This document shows positions 63,090 through 64,000 of a stretch of 64,000 bases of DNA, piece by piece (the first letter of the stretch is position 1; each line of letters begins with the position of its first letter). The DNA comes from Rhina ancylostomus (Eukaryota): positions 43,443,214-43,507,213 of the forward strand of contig JARFYF010000063.1 of assembly GCA_030265395.1 (NCBI GenBank). The letters are read 5' to 3'. The translations under genes were made by a program, and so were the position numbers. The notes beneath the pieces were generated by a model. It saw only the letters and a program-made list of their open reading frames with translations, did not search any database and was not told where the DNA came from.

Positions 63090-63535
63090 CTCAGAGTGAT
63101 CTTGCAATAGTGGCAAAGCAATAGTGATGTATTTCCAATTCAGGATCGTATGTAATCTGAAGGAAACTGCAGTGGTTCAAAAAGGCTGCTCCCTCCATCT
63201 TCTCAAGGGCAATTAGGAAAGGGGAATAGAAGTAGGCCTTGCAGATAAACCTCACATATTTGTATCTATTGATCACAGATGAGGAGAGATTGTGGCAAGG
63301 CTTTTATGAACATTACCTCTTAAATAGTCTAGGATCAAGATTGCCATTTGAGCAAGAGCTGGGTGGTGATGTTCTCCTGTGTCAGCTGTTCTTGTCCTGC
63401 TTGGTGGTTGAGGTTGTACAGAAAGCAGTGAGTTGCTGAGGAACAGGCTGTAGACAGGACGCACTGAAGGCACAGAGGGCCGGTGGTAGGGGGAGCGGAT
63501 GTTTAAGGGGTAAATGGGAATTCTGTTCAATGTCT
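63090..63535. mobile_element. Old LINE 3' fragments in both orientations
   Basis: + tail ACTGCAGTGGTTCAAAAAGGCTGCTC..CTTCTCAAGGGCAATTAGG at 63165-63220; minus-strand relic PLNIRSPYHRPSVPSVRPVY. Confidence 0.5.
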
Positions 63536-64000
63536 TCATGCACTACTTTAATAAATAATCTACATAACTGTTAGTTGATTCATTGAGAACAACAGAACAT
63601 TATGTGTTGGTAACTTCACATATAATTTTCAAATGATCACTTACTAATATTTAACGGGGATGACTTCGTCTTCAACTTCGAAATGACTCTGATGTTTATA
63701 TCACTATTCATCCCCTCACGTCTATGCTGGTTCTTTGCTGGATGAATCCAAAATTATTCTGGTTGCTTCACTCTCAATTCACAAGTCCGTGTCTTCCTCC
63801 ACTTCCAATATCCATCAAATTCCCCTTCACTTATTTATATTTTTATCATGTGCTTGGTTGGGAATCCTTCTGCAAACTTTACCCCAGAACTAGGATTCCA
63901 GCAGAGGTGGGAGGATGGGCAGAAGCCTAGTATGATATCATTGATGAACTTCAGTGTTCATTTATTCTATTCATTCCTGGATTGCTATGAAGATAAATAT

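Overview
Vertebrate nuclear DNA, very probably from a cartilaginous fish (inferred from the repeat families). The whole window lies inside one minus-strand gene, hemicentin-1 (HMCN1). I traced 33 GT-AG exons by hand (5,040 coding nt, about 1,680 aa) encoding the tandem I-set Ig array. Splice phases join in frame everywhere except once (21965 to 19428), where one exon is missing and probably hidden in an N gap. The introns hold decayed CR1 LINEs, a Rex1/Babar-like LINE end, several tRNA-headed SINE types, possible PIF/Harbinger relics and many Penelope-like element (PLE) fragments. The most notable non-coding signal is a recurrent PLE terminus with a minimal type I hammerhead-ribozyme-like core (CUGAUGA-stem II-GAAA-NGUH). 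It occurs as ~250-nt direct tandem units (retrozyme-like), as fold-back palindromes, and at the end of a 5'-inverted PLE copy. Every hammerhead copy here has substitutions, so activity is unproven. I found no prokaryote-type system (CRISPR etc.) and no second intact gene. Repeat family names and the human HMCN1 comparison come from memory, not from a search.
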